Assembly: GCF_031769215.1 (NCBI RefSeq) | Contig: NW_026782443.1 | Location: 620,001-684,000 of the forward strand | Direction: 5' to 3' | Source of the DNA: Ylistrum balloti | Taxonomy: Eukaryota | Length of the DNA: 64,000 nt | In this document: positions 1-11,786 of the stretch, in pieces | Numbering within the stretch: the first letter of the stretch is position 1 | Layout: each line of letters opens with the position of its first letter | Program-made: the position numbers and the translations under genes | The notes under the pieces: model-generated | Seen by the model: only the letters and a program-made list of their open reading frames with translations | Told to the model about the DNA's origin: nothing | Database searches by the model: none

Positions 1-1253
1 GAACCCAGGTACCTGTTATTGTAGTGTGTTGTCATTTGTAGATGTCACAATAATTGCCTATATGAGGAGTAGCGAATTGTTATAAAATACTTAATAGTTG
101 TGGAACTCCTAATGAGGATGTTAGTTTACAATAGAACACAATGCTAACAGTTATCACCAGTGGATTAATGAATGTTACAATGTTCTGTTGTCTCTCTGCT
201 TTGAGGTTCCAAATTGCTCATGTTTTTTTATAAACAATTCTCTTTATTTGTTTACAAGTTAAACTCCACACCTTAGTCAATTTCTGCTGATTTCCTATGA
301 AAATGATGTCATTGATGCCCCATTTTCTTCTTTTTGTTGCCTCTCCGCTTTTACTTTGTAAAGGTGTCTTAATCTTTCTTTGTTGAAATGACTTCCCGCA
401 ATTGTCTTTTCGAGGATTGAATTGAAATCGTGAAAAGTAGAAATCTGGAGAAGAATATTTTAATGTAAGAAACGCGTAATGTTTTCTTGTTGCCAAAAAA
501 GTTTCTGTTTAACCCCGAAAGCTTCCACAGTTTACTTTTGATTTATTTCAATTAATGCCATTTCATGTGCATCTGGTATTGTAATTGAATGTAGAAAAAA
601 ATTAACCAGTATTTTATTGAGATAAATAATTACATTTTGACAAGAAGTGCACTCTATGATCCTTCTTGGGTTTGTAGGGTTAAACTTTGAGTGGAGTTTT
701 GCTATGAGTTACTATCTGAAAAGATTCTTTTTGTAAAGGTAAAGGTAGGATTGATCTTAGATTCTTGTCATCATGGTTACATACAAAGTCATACCTGCGT
801 GAAATGAAAGAGTTTAAAATAAACCAAGAAAATACCAACATGTCAATATAATCATACCAAAGTCAAGAAAACAAGGGCAAAATAGGAACAAAAATTTCGA
901 TCAAAAACCTGTTATTCTTATGCCTTGAAATCATACATTGACAAGATGAGAATTAATTCCAGTATCATGGAACTTAATGAATTGCCATAGAAGGACAAAG
1001 CAGCCAAGTGGACCAGTTTAATTTACCATCTATCTAAATTTAAAACTCTGTGTACATCAAAGGGCGTTACTAGACGACTGATCCTAGTATCACGGAACAG
1101 TCAAGTGGACCAGTTTAATTTTTATTACCTGTCTATATCTTTTGCATTGTTTATATCTAAGGGCGTTTTTCATTTGTCTTTGTACAATTTTCACTCCATT
1201 TTGGATTTGCTTGACTTGATCCCTAACTTTTTATTTCATTGCATCCATCACAG

Positions 1254-1334
1254 AGAGAAGAGGGAGTTGATAGGACACGCCATAGAGGATATGCTAATTT
1301 CCTGTAGCTTCAACGCACGGAAATGTTTCTCACA
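1254..1334 (+). CDS. DEG/ENaC exon (EKRELIGHAIEDMLISCSFNARKCFS)
   Basis: cacag acceptor, gtaagt donor, phase 2-2. Confidence 0.92.
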
Positions 1335-4300
1335 GTAAGTCTGCCTTTTTAATTGCAATATCAGTTGTGTTAAACAACGCAAACATGTATTTTTGTCAGG
1401 TTAGGAGAATAATGTGATTTGGGAGGACTAGTTTGTTTTGATACGCATTGTTTTTTAGACCATTTGTTTTCGAAAACAATGTAAGTTTGGTACCGTTTGA
1501 AAGCAATGTTTTTTCCGTAAATGTCAAAAGCGTTAGGAAGCAGATGGTGTTGTGCTGCTGGAAAGCTCAAATACGTTTAGTGATGTCAGTGACAGGTGTG
1601 TAAAAGTGGACATACTAGTCTTTGTATAATATTTGTAAAAGTGTTCATAGGCAAAAACATATTAACTAATAGATTTGATCTTGTTTATGATATAATGTGG
1701 TAATGAAATTTATTCAGCTTTACGATAGAAAGACAACAAAAACCAACATGTCATCGTAATCAAAATCCAAGCCAAAGTCAATAAAACTATGGTAAAGCAT
1801 GAAAAAAGGAAAGATTTACGCGGAGACTTCTAAAAAGTACAAGGAGAATTAAACCAGGGCCCGTATTCATGAAACCATTCTCATGCTCAAGCATAGATTT
1901 TGTGCTCAAGTAAACTTTTTTATAATTCACCCAAATCGTATTAAATAACTTTAACTTAAACAAGACATAAAGCTTGAGCACAAAATTCATGCTTGAGCAT
2001 AAGAATGGTGTCATGAATACGGGCCCAGGTGTTCCGGAAAAGTAAGCGTCTTCTGCTTCATCGACGACACCCGCCATGTTAAACCTGGTCAATACAAGCA
2101 AGTATTGTCACGTTCTTAAATGAGATCAAGGTATAGAACCAACACGTAAACTTATATATTTTACATATGTTTCAGTGACTTCACACGATTCCAAAGTTCA
2201 GAGTATGGAAACTGCTTTACGTTGGAGTCCTCTAACTATTTCTCTAGAATACCGGGTCCTCTAAATGGTAAATTAATTACTATGTGTCGTTTGTTTGAAC
2301 AACGAAAATTCGAATTGTTTTTATTGAAAAACAAATATAACACAACATCCCGAAATAAGAAGGTAATGAAAACAGTTATGCACTGAGATTATTCTTAGTA
2401 TTTCGCTATTAATGCAAACAAGAGTTCCCGAACGACTTAAATAAACAAATCAGGAAATAGTCATCAAGATCCCCTGCCCACATGCATTCGTAAAACATAT
2501 ACATTTAAAATGAGCGTCATGGAAAACTGGACAAATATCAGTCAATTACGTCACAGCAGCATCATTAAAAATGCGCGGAATTCGCCGTTAATCACACCTG
2601 AACAAGTGAATAAGGTAACAAGTGTACCAATCGAGTTTCCTCAAAATCCTACCAGTCTTTCATAAGATATCATGCGGAAAGCAGCATGCGAGAGTGATTA
2701 GAGAAACCTGCAAATCAGGTCACAGCAGCCTCATAAATTCTGCGCGAAAGTCGCTGTTAATCAAACTTGGGTAAGAGAGTGTATTAACCAAGTTTCATCC
2801 TATCAGTCCTTCAAAAGCAGCATCCGGACTGACGGAAGAATGGACGGACGGAACCCATTTTGATATACCCCGCCAACTTCGTCGGGCGGGGGATAATTAG
2901 GGCTTTATTAATTTGATCAAATCTTTTCTGAAGTATGCTTTTCAACATAAATACTCCTGTACATTTGTTATTAAAGTAATATTTTCAAAAAAACTAATGT
3001 TATTGATCTTTTCGCCTTTCGATGTCTTTATAAACAACAACAGAGTACATGGTAAACGCTTCCTGTGCAATAAATGATTATTTATTTCTTGCCTATTCAT
3101 CTATTTATCTGCATTGCTCTATTTACATATCAATAGCAGATATATGTATATTGATGTATTTTCAATCATTATTCTAAAAGGATTGTGGCTGACGCTGAAT
3201 CTAGAAATCCTGGAATATATTACCAACTTCGTCACTGGATATGGTATAAAGTTGTTAATTCATCAGCCAGGCACAGTAGTATTCCCTACAGTTGAGGGTA
3301 TTGTCCTCAGTCCGGGATATGAGACAAACATCGCCTTGAAGATGGTAAGTACGGATGACAAGTTGTGTATATTCAATATCGTTGTATGTTTTCCCTGTTT
3401 ATTCAATTATTTTGGTTAGCAATAATTATTTTACAAATATACCTACTGGCCAATACCGCCGTAATGATAGTATATTTTGATGAATCCGATCGACGATGAT
3501 CCATCAACCTTTCTAACTCAATGTCTAAAATAAATAGGCAGAATAGACTGCTTTTCGGAAACAATTACATACTCGATTCAGAAAGTAGGATTTCTTTTGT
3601 TTTTTGAAATGTGTGTATTAAACAACATCAACGAACGCGTATTCGATATATAGATTTGTCACATGACATACAGAATGTTGGTCTTCAAGGGAAATCCTTA
3701 AATGAGTAGAAAAAACTACACACTAATAATAGCGAAATTTGTTTTCATAAGATACATAAATAACTAAAAATCATCAATCAGTCTTTCTTATATATCTATT
3801 TTACATTAATATTTGCGTGAATACCGATATTAAATGAGACATTCATATAAACTTAGCCACTGAGAATTTACCTCTGATGGAAGGTATTTTACACTAAAGT
3901 CTAGCGACAAAATAAGGTTTGTCACTGCAAAATCAGTGATTTTCGCGGATGATTTATTTTCGTTATTTTCTTGGGTACTCCACACATTAGTATGTTTAAG
4001 AATCAATAGACTGTTCGAATAATTTAAAACATCTTTAAGATACTTTCTACCTATGAAATCAAGTGTCGACGAAATAGAATTCTTTAAAAACCCACGAGAT
4101 TTATGCCCCACGAATACCTATTTTAAAGCAGATCCTTGATACAAGTGTGTTTAATCTAGGTGACCGTAAACCGACTAGGACAGCCCCACGGAGATTGTAC
4201 AGAAGGGCAAGATTTCAAAAAGGCTTTCGGTATCCAGTACACCATTCCAGTAAGTAACCATGTCGTTGTGCAGGTATCGCTATTCACAGGGGCTTCAGAA

Positions 4301-7300
4301 ATGATGGATCGATCTGTTTATATCTAACATATCTCTGTATATGCAGTATACCTGTGAATACAGCTTTTCGTTATCCTAATCACGCTTAGTAATGGTTAGA
4401 TTTCAATATGACCACCGATTAGCAGCTTTCTAAAGATTAAAATTTTGATGTAGTGGTTTATTTTAGCATAAAGCTGTATTATTATAGCGAAGTAACTTTG
4501 AATCCAACATGCTCGTTAATTTGCTTGTTGGATCTTGTTACCCCTCTATGTTGCACTATCCTTATGTTATGTTATCCTTATGCACTAAGAAAATATTCCT
4601 CTTTGAATTTTTCCATGACATCCTCTACTGAGTCCACAAATCTAGTAAGATATTGTTCAATTCTTGCCATAAGTCCTCTGTATGTTTCCTTAGGTTCCCT
4701 TTGGGCTGTCTGTAATAGCTTGAAATATTGGTAGGGCCTTTTCCCGTACCTGTCCATTAGGGCTTTACAAAGTTCTTCAAATGACCCATGTGCTTGAATA
4801 GCTACCTCTCTGGCCTCACCTGTTAACAAGGTTCTCAGCTGTAGCATTTTTACTTCTTCTGTCCATCCAGCCTGTGTTGATAAAGCAGTAAACTCTGATA
4901 AGAATGTCACTATATCCTCACTTTCAGTATGAATATAAGGTTGAAGTTACAGTCTAAACGGCACAGGGTTAGAATTTGTCTCACTCCGTTCCTTTTGAAG
5001 TTTTGCTTTTTCAATCTCTAGTTCCAATTCTTTCACTTTCCTTTGATGTTCTCTTTCCTTTTCTTCGGCGTCCATTCTTATCTTTTCTCTTTCCACTTCC
5101 ATCGTCATCCTTTCTCTTTCGAAATTCATTTGGCGTTCTTTTTCCTCTTTCTCTGCTTGAAGTTTCTCTTTTTCTAAGTTCATTTGGCGTTCTTTTTCCT
5201 CTTTCTCTGCTTGAATTTCGAGTCTTCTTATTTCCAACTTTGTTTGTGCTGCCGTCATCTTCGCAGTTTCCGTTTCTTCAGGCGTTGACATATTGAACAG
5301 TTCTAATGAGCGTTATATCTTTGATAACGGAGTCCTTCTCCTTAGAATGATCCTTTACCGCTGCCACCAGAATATGTTAGCCCTCTATGTTGTACTATCC
5401 TTATGTTATACAAAAGACCAGCAACACCCGTTCTCAAGTACGAATGTTGAGTATTAACACAGGTTACAACAATGATAACATGTATGGCCTGAGTATCGAG
5501 CTTAACAAGTTACTCCTTCCACGGCCACACCAGGACTGACTCTATTTGCTGTGATCTTACAGTTTATCCTAAAGTAATTATAATCTAATTCTGATAGGGA
5601 AAGTGTCTTCTACTGATCTACAATTAAACCGTGAACAGTTAATGCCTCAATGGTGGAGAGCATGTCCAGCCAATGTTTCACGGCATGATTCTGACACTAA
5701 GGTGACCGCAATTAAACTATCTGTCTGATAAGCCAGCCGGTCACATTAAGATTTAACACAAATTATGTTCTACACTTGAGTGACAAATTTCACTATTAAC
5801 AGATCTATTTCTTATTTGAGAACGTGCCATTACTCACTTGGATCGATCAATGCTTTAGTACTTTGTCAGGAATCTGTATAAATTTTTCTGTTGCCAATAC
5901 TTTACCTTAGTTTTATGGAATTTGAATTTGGATTGGGATTATTGTGACATGTTGATATCTTACACCAAATAGATTGGGAAAAAGCATTTCGTACACTGGT
6001 GGGTTTCCTATTGAACGGAAATAGTCGTTTACTCTTCAATTGACTAAGATTATTATTATTATTTTAATCAACATTTTTATTCAGTATGAATAGTTATATC
6101 AATAAAGCGTATTAAAAACCTTTCATTGTCTTATGCTGTTGGTTATCGTGTTATTAATCAAATACGATATTCTGCTTGTAGGCGTGCATCAAGTTGTGTA
6201 AATATCATTGGGTAGTGAAAATGTGTGACTGTATTCCCGGACAGATTGAAGACTACACCTACAACTATTACTCCTACGACTATGGTATTCGCAAGTGTAG
6301 AACTAATAGTCCAGATGGTATGTATATCATATTCTTTTCATAAGGAAAATTTACATTTTCCGATTTTCCTTTATGAAACTTTTTTATCTTTAGTTTTTCA
6401 TAACTAATGAATACTCTGAAAGTATTCATATTTTACATTAAATCTAGGTTCATGATTCTTATAATTCTACATTTTTTATTATATCTTATGATTATTAATT
6501 GCTGTAGTTTTCTGTTTTATTATAAATATTAAGCCCTAGCTGAAATCCCGTGTAAAGACGGAAATGTTCACCGTTAATCTTCACTGAAGTGTTTTTTTGT
6601 ATTTGACCAACCTAAGTCTATATTCGCAAGTGTAGAACTAATAGTCCAGATGGTATGTATATCATATTCTTTTCATAAGGAAAATTTACATTTTCCGATT
6701 TTCCTTTATGAAACTTTTTTATCTTTAGTTTTTCATAACTAATGAATACTCTGAAAGTATTCATATTTTACATTAAATCTAGGTTCATGATTCTTATAAT
6801 TCTACATTTTTTATTATATCTTATGATTATTAATTGCTGTAGTTTTCTGTTTTATTATAAATATTAAGCCCTAGCTGAGAAATCCCGTGTTTTGAGTTAA
6901 AGACGGAAATGTCTCACCGTTAATCTTCACTGAAGTGTTTTTTTTGTATTTGACCAACCTAAGTCTATATTTCATTGTTCAAATTTACTTTTTGACTGGT
7001 CATCCTGTCTTAAAAGCAGTATATCTATAAATAACTGAGTAACATATCTATAAATAACTAAATAACATAAGTTACATAAATAAGTAACATATTCACAAAC
7101 GGCCCAGGCCACTTTTATCATTTCGGCCAGTCTTGACGCCCACTAAAACCTATTGTAATAGGATACTGAAAAGATGAGCAGATTCAATTAGTCAAGGCTA
7201 CCAATAAGCGTGATGTAACCGAGCATTACGGCTGCTTTGAGCAACTAATTTTTGTTACGAACCCGCACGTACATGTGAGCAATCTGAGCATGCGCCATGG

Positions 7301-10300
7301 ACTGGTCAGCCAATCGGGATCTCACCTTTCACGGACAGTTCCTTGAATTACTTGTATTTTCCCCTCTTATGTTCACTTATACTTGGGACGAAATAAAGTA
7401 AGATCAACTTAACAAGGTGTCTCCTTGCTGTTTCACAGGTCCTCATCTATCATTGAATCAGACAACAGCAAATACAACATAACAAACAAAACCATTACAC
7501 ACTCGGTGAAATTCAAACAATGCACACAAGTTTACCCTATTTTTATGACCGAGAAGAACAGATTGAGGGTTTAGCTGAAAAAGTAAAAACTAAATTTGCA
7601 TTACTATGTATTATACATTGTATTACTGTGTAATATATATTATGTTATATTCCATTTGGTAAACATATCATACTCATGTAATAGACTGATACTCAACAAT
7701 TACGTCAGGCTTAACTGATCCATAAAGATATGAATAAATTGATAAAAGATTACCGTGGCATCAACCCCTGAAAATTCATCATTTATAGTACCAGTAAAGC
7801 ATTCTTCTGTATTGCATTACTACCAGTATCAGTAAAATATTCTTCTATATGTATTCTTGAAAATTTCAAAAAGTATTAATTAACTTGTTTACGTTAATAC
7901 TTGTGCATTATATGATATAATAGTTTTCGTTTGGCTCAAAGGACTATCAAACGTAAAACACATAGTGGTGCTATAGCATCAAACAGCTTGGAATTTATCA
8001 CTGAAGTGACTTAGATTTGTAGGTTGTTCAATGTTCTGATAATAGTGCCTCAATTTTTTTTACTCTCTCTACAGACAAGCTGTGCCAGATAAAGGTAGAA
8101 GCTTTGTATATAAAAAAGTCTCTGGATTGTTCATGTGGTAGCCCGTGTAAGTAAGTAGACATCAACAAACTTTGCCTTGTGAATTTTTAGTTTCTGGATA
8201 GTAACATTCCTGTATCCCCAACCAATGACTTTAACATGTCGTAGTTGATTCGATATTCAAATCCCATTATCTTGATTTCTCGCCATACCTGTGGTATGCA
8301 GGTATTCTTTGAATTGTTGGAATATCGGTAATTTCTTTATTGTCTCTATAAGTGCGTATGAAATAAACCAATTATTTCATTTCTTTATTACAACAAAATG
8401 TTATTTTCATAAGGATAAGTTTCAGTATAGATATCAATTGTTACAAAACCTCAAAACAATTGTCAAACTACGACCTAAAGAGTACTCGAAAGTCTTTAAT
8501 TTTCGTGTGGTATTTATTTTCATCGAATGCGTGGATACTCTTAAGGCATGAATCCACATTTTCACCAACTACTAAAATAAGTATAAGATTGATTGGGCTA
8601 TATTTATCAACTTAATCAAATGTCCACGAAGTAGGATTTTTGCATGAAAATTGAGACCCATTTAAATGCATAAGTTTGCAGTATATCATGTAAGAATTCT
8701 TACATTCCTTAGAAATTACCATGTTTCATAACTCAAAATATTTTCACGACATTTCATCGAAGAGAGGTGAAGTACGAAAAGACGATATCGGGACGGCCAT
8801 GGCCAAATGATGTTTATCTTGTAAGTTGTAATTTTAAGATCTTGGTTCGGTTAATTCTTCAAGTTTAAAGAAGGAAATATACAACAGAGTGTAATAAAGG
8901 AAATTAATTCGACCGAACAAAACAATGCGAACAAGAAAATTAAATAACTCATATATGATTCTTTCAAACCTAGCCAGCTTATTTTCTGTAACTTAAATGT
9001 ATAAAGAAATATTTTGAAATTGAATCTAAATTAATGTACGTGTACAGTTCAGTAATTTCTAGTATAAATATGCCTGCTGATGTTCATGCTTTAGAGGGAA
9101 GTCGTGAAAAGTTGTAGAAAACATATATTAGAAAGTATGAATTATAAATTTGTTCACTGTTTGTGACATGTTATAGAAATATGCTCTGGTAAAAGAAATG
9201 TGTGCAGATAAAAACAAGACCAACACGAAGGAATTTTGTGCTCGTTATCTCAACAACAGCAAAATTGTCAACATTACCGAGTAAGTACTGTTACAGCGAA
9301 AGAGGCAAAATAACATTTATATTGAATTGTAGTGTTCAAACTACAAACATACATGTTGGATCTTAAACGATTTTTCATTTCATATGATATTTTTGAAATG
9401 AGACATAGAATTGTTTGTAAGCATTAGTTTTAATCATTGTCCGGCTCAAATGTATTCAACTCTTAGCCTATATTAAAAGGTGTTTTTCACTCATGTGTCT
9501 TTTGTACAATCTTTCATAGAATCTATGAAAAGGAAAGATATTGAAGATGGAGTNNNNNNNNNNNNNNNNNNNNNNNNNNNNNNNNNNNNNNNNNNNNNNN
9601 NNNNNNNNNNNNNNNNNNNNNNNNNNNNNNNNNNNNNNNNNNNNNNNNNNNNNNNNNNNNNNNNNNNNNNNNNNNNNNNNNNNNNNNNNNNNNNNNNNNN
9701 NNNNNNNTCTCTCTCTGTTACTGCGTTATTTGTTTTATAATTTTAGGAAATATGTAGCTCTTTTTTGCTTGACTCATCTTTGATACTTGCTTAATGAATC
9801 CATATTTAATATTATCTATATGAATCTATTATCCACTATTTAAGTCATGCTCAAATTTCATTTACAGAAACTGTTTTCCTGGATCATTTCTACATAATTC
9901 CGTATCATTGTCATTATTATCACATATCAATATATAACATATATTTATTGTTTTGCATATATATGTTTAGTAAAGAATCATCGATCCAACTAAATAGTTG
10001 ATCGAGGATATTTTTCATTATATTATAATGAAGTTCCGTTTTTAGAGCCCGAAGCAACTTCTTAAGGGCAGTGATTTATTATGAAGATATCAACTACGAA
10101 GTTATCACAGAAAGTCCTTTGTATGATGTAAGTATGTTATGACACAAAGTCCTTTGTATGATGTAAGTATGTTATCACAGAAAGTCCTTTGTATGATGTA
10201 AGTATGTTATCACAGAAAGTCCTTTGTATGATATAAGTATATTATCACAGAAAGTCCTTTGTATGATGTAAGTATGTTATCACAGAAAGTCCTTTGTATG

Positions 10301-11786
10301 ATATAAGTATAATATCACAGAAAGTCCTTTGTATGATGTAAGTATATTATCACAGAAAGTCCTTTGTATAATGTTAGTATATAAGTATATGTAAAATTGC
10401 ACCTTCCATTATTAGACTGTAATTTAGCTCTCTTTTTCAACACTTAAAAAACGAGTCGCTTCTACGAAGCATGTGATGCTTATGATCGCTGCCTCAACTC
10501 GCGACTATCATCTTTCCCGATTTTCCCGAATTTGCTTTTATCGCGAAATTCGTTATATGGATTTAAATTCGTTATCCAATAATAAGATGAAATCAATAGA
10601 TTGGCCAATAAATGAAGAAAACATGTATCTTGCAGATTACAATTCGATTTTGTCTGTGTCTGGTGAAAGCAGACTGGACATACGACCAAAGAGGTGTCTA
10701 GCTGAAGTAATTCAAGCATTAAAGCTAGGCAACACCAGAAATAGTATCCCATTCTGTCTCGCAATGCGAATAATTTTCGTTGCGTATCATCTCCAACTTT
10801 TTTTAGTAACAGAAATTAAAAAATATCAACATTCAGAACAACCAAATAGTATTTTTCTTACCAGGTTATTTCAAAAATTGTATTTTGAAGTAAATAAAAT
10901 TTGTTAGATTGGTTAAAACTGTAATCTTTGCTTTTGTTACATTTCAGTGTTAAACGCATGTTGCTTTTTTATCGTTCCTTATTTTAAATCAAGTTTTATT
11001 GACATACTAAGGGATGAACCATCTGTTTTTAGTGGAACGCGTTTTGACATGATTACTCGACCACAATTACGAAATAGGTCATCAGGATTTATCCGTAATA
11101 GCTAACGTAATATTATTATGCAACAGTACAATGCATGTCACCATATTCCATGTGTTGTCGAGGCATACCAACAATAACGGAAGGTACCCGTGCTACTTTG
11201 TCCTGCTGTGCCACCAAACTTGTCTCCGTACGAACAGCTTTGGGATGACATTTAGCGACTTCTGCGTCAGAAATCAAACACCCCTTCGACATTGGACTCA
11301 TACATTTTCGGAAATATGGCAGAACATTCCGATGCATTTGTGCGTAATTTGATCAGTTTTGGTGCAAAAAAAAATGTTTTTACGTATGAATCAAGAAACA
11401 GTCCAAATTATAATTGTATATAAACAATGCGTGTGTATGAGCGTGAACTTTTAAAGATGTTTTATCAAGTAATGATTGAATAAAATGCAGATAGAGAATG
11501 CAAAACGCAACCCTTAGACATTCCTGTTCCTTCAATTGTCTCGTTTAATGGTTACTATAAATACCTTGACTTGCAGGAGTTTCAATTCCTGTCCAACATA
11601 GGCGGAACACTTGGCCTCTTCTTAGGAGCATCTGTCCTCAGTGCCATGGAGATCATCCACTTCTTCATTGAGATCGTTATCTACTTTAGACGTCGTGTTC
11701 GTCATAGAAAGAAGATCGACCACATCAAAAACATTAGTGTTTTACCATATCCCAAGAAAGTGGAAAAGGATGTAGAAAAGTTGTGA
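1254..11786 (+). CDS. DEG/ENaC (amiloride-sensitive) sodium channel, FaNaC-related clade; 3' 10 exons: join(1254-1334,2176-2267,3181-3344,4160-4249,6182-6317,8075-8150,8763-8820,9177-9280,10046-10127,11577-11786), 5'-partial
   Basis: All introns GT-AG with matching phases. The joined ~363 aa carry family motifs GHAIEDMLISCSFN, YGNCFTL, GYETNIAL, a Cys-rich thumb, ISGRPWP, NFLRAVIYYEDINYE and TM2 LSNIGGTLGLFLGASVLS. Confidence 0.95.
1790..2140 (-). mobile_element. Penelope-associated 3' repeat, copy A (interrupted by the MITE)
   Basis: Core GGTGTTCCGGAAAAGTAAGCGTCTTCTGCTTCATCGACGACACCCGCCATGT is shared with 57560-57670, 62420-62600 and 63230-63600; the 62420 copy is contiguous with a Penelope RT C-terminus. 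Confidence 0.65.
1858..2025. mobile_element. PIF/Harbinger-like MITE, 168 bp
   Basis: ~55-bp imperfect TIRs starting GGCCCGTATTCATGA; 3-bp TSD CAG at 1855-1857 and 2026-2028. Confidence 0.85.
2176..2267 (+). CDS. DEG/ENaC exon (DFTRFQSSEYGNCFTLESSNYFSRIPGPLN)
   Basis: tttcag acceptor, gtaaat donor, YGNCFT motif. Confidence 0.94.
2416..2898. mobile_element. Helentron-type non-autonomous element
   Basis: AAACAAGAG end, (GACG)-type microsatellite, terminal hairpin CCCCGCC...GGGCGGGG followed by ATAATT. Confidence 0.65.
3181..3344 (+). CDS. DEG/ENaC exon (GLWLTLNLE...PGYETNIALKM)
   Basis: aaag acceptor, gtaagt donor, palm beta-strand motifs. Confidence 0.93.
3450..4120 (-). pseudogene. Possible very old Penelope-like RT relic
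   Basis: Weak motif resemblance only (SISSTLDF, LSLYE, ILDIELE). Confidence 0.3.
4160..4249 (+). CDS. DEG/ENaC exon (VTVNRLGQPHGDC...IQYTIP)
   Basis: ctag acceptor, gtaagt donor, phase 0-0. Confidence 0.92.
4578..5291 (-). pseudogene. gag remnant (coiled-coil N-terminus plus capsid-like region) with one in-frame TAA at 4947-4949
   Basis: ORFs 4947-5291 and 4578-4910 share a frame; LRTLLTGEAREV...LCKALMDRY...QREPKETY is typical of Gypsy gag. Confidence 0.85.
5357..5369 (-). promoter_or_regulatory. Primer-binding site complementary to tRNA-Leu 3' end
   Basis: TGGTGGCAGCGGT lies 5 nt inside the LTR end; matches ACCGCTGCCA-CCA of eukaryotic tRNA-Leu(AAG). Confidence 0.85.
6182..6317 (+). CDS. 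DEG/ENaC exon (ACIKLCKYHWVVKMCDCIPG...RKCRTNSPD)
   Basis: ttgtag acceptor, gtatgt donor, thumb cysteines. Confidence 0.92.
6286..6971 (+). repeat. Direct tandem duplication (335 + 347 bp) including an exon end and donor
   Basis: 6286-6620 is repeated at 6621-6967; TATT microhomology at the junction. Confidence 0.95.
8075..8150 (+). CDS. DEG/ENaC exon (DKLCQIKVEALYIKKSLDCSCGSPC)
   Basis: ctctacag acceptor, gtaagt donor, CxCxxPC motif. Confidence 0.92.
8157..8270 (+). pseudogene. Penelope-like RT C-terminal relic
   Basis: LVNF*FLDSNIPVSPT...*LIRY resembles IVNFPFLxSNIPxSPAYGVYxSQLIRY. Confidence 0.6.
8763..8820 (+). CDS. DEG/ENaC exon (EVKYEKTISGRPWPNDVYL)
   Basis: aag acceptor, gtaagt donor, S...WP motif. 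Confidence 0.9.
9177..9280 (+). CDS. DEG/ENaC exon (KYALVKEMCADK...KIVNIT)
   Basis: ttatag acceptor, gtaagt donor; phases 0 and 2 bridge the neighbouring exons. Confidence 0.88.
9554..9707. other. Assembly gap (154 N)
   Basis: N run. Confidence 1.
10046..10127 (+). CDS. DEG/ENaC exon (ARSNFLRAVIYYEDINYEVITESPLYD)
   Basis: tttttag acceptor, gtaagt donor. Confidence 0.93.
10101..10380 (+). repeat. 35-bp minisatellite x8 made of the exon 3' end plus splice donor
   Basis: Unit GTTATCACAGAAAGTCCTTTGTATGAT|GTAAGTAT; copy 1 is the real exon end. Confidence 0.97.
11060..11360 (+). pseudogene. Tc1/mariner transposase C-terminal relic
   Basis: MQQYNACHH...VLLCPAVPPNLSPYEQLWDDI*RLLR...EIWQNIP resembles QQDNARPH...WPAxSPDLSPIEHLWD; stops and frameshifts present. 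Confidence 0.7.
11577..11786 (+). CDS. DEG/ENaC terminal exon (TM2 with GAS filter, C-tail, stop)
   Basis: ttgcag acceptor, EFQFLSNIGGTLGLFLGAS, TGA at 11784-11786; AATAAA at 11963. Confidence 0.95.
   Translation, partial: EFQFLSNIGGTLGLFLGASVLSAMEIIHFFIEIVIYFRRRVRHRKKIDHIKNISVLPYPKKVEKDVEKL

Larger units (their letters stand above)
4536..5801 (-). mobile_element. Internally deleted Ty3/Gypsy LTR retrotransposon in a channel intron
   Basis: 5-bp TSD GATCT (4531-4535 and 5802-5806); 427-bp LTR TGTTA...TAACA (5375-5801); PBS at 5357-5369; gag remnant; 35-bp remnant of the second LTR (4536-4570). Confidence 0.92.

Noticed and set aside
7253-7414. TGTTA...AATAAA...TAACA solo-LTR-like segment
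   Set aside because: Flanks ATTTT and AGGTG give no TSD, and there is no second copy in the window.
9480-9740. ORFs running into the N gap as a hidden channel exon
   Set aside because: Exons 9177-9280 and 10046-10127 already join in phase with no missing motif.
10450-10760. N-terminal part of the Tc1 transposase, or 144-aa and 94-aa ORFs as genes
   Set aside because: Only faint motif resemblance with multiple stops; intronic.
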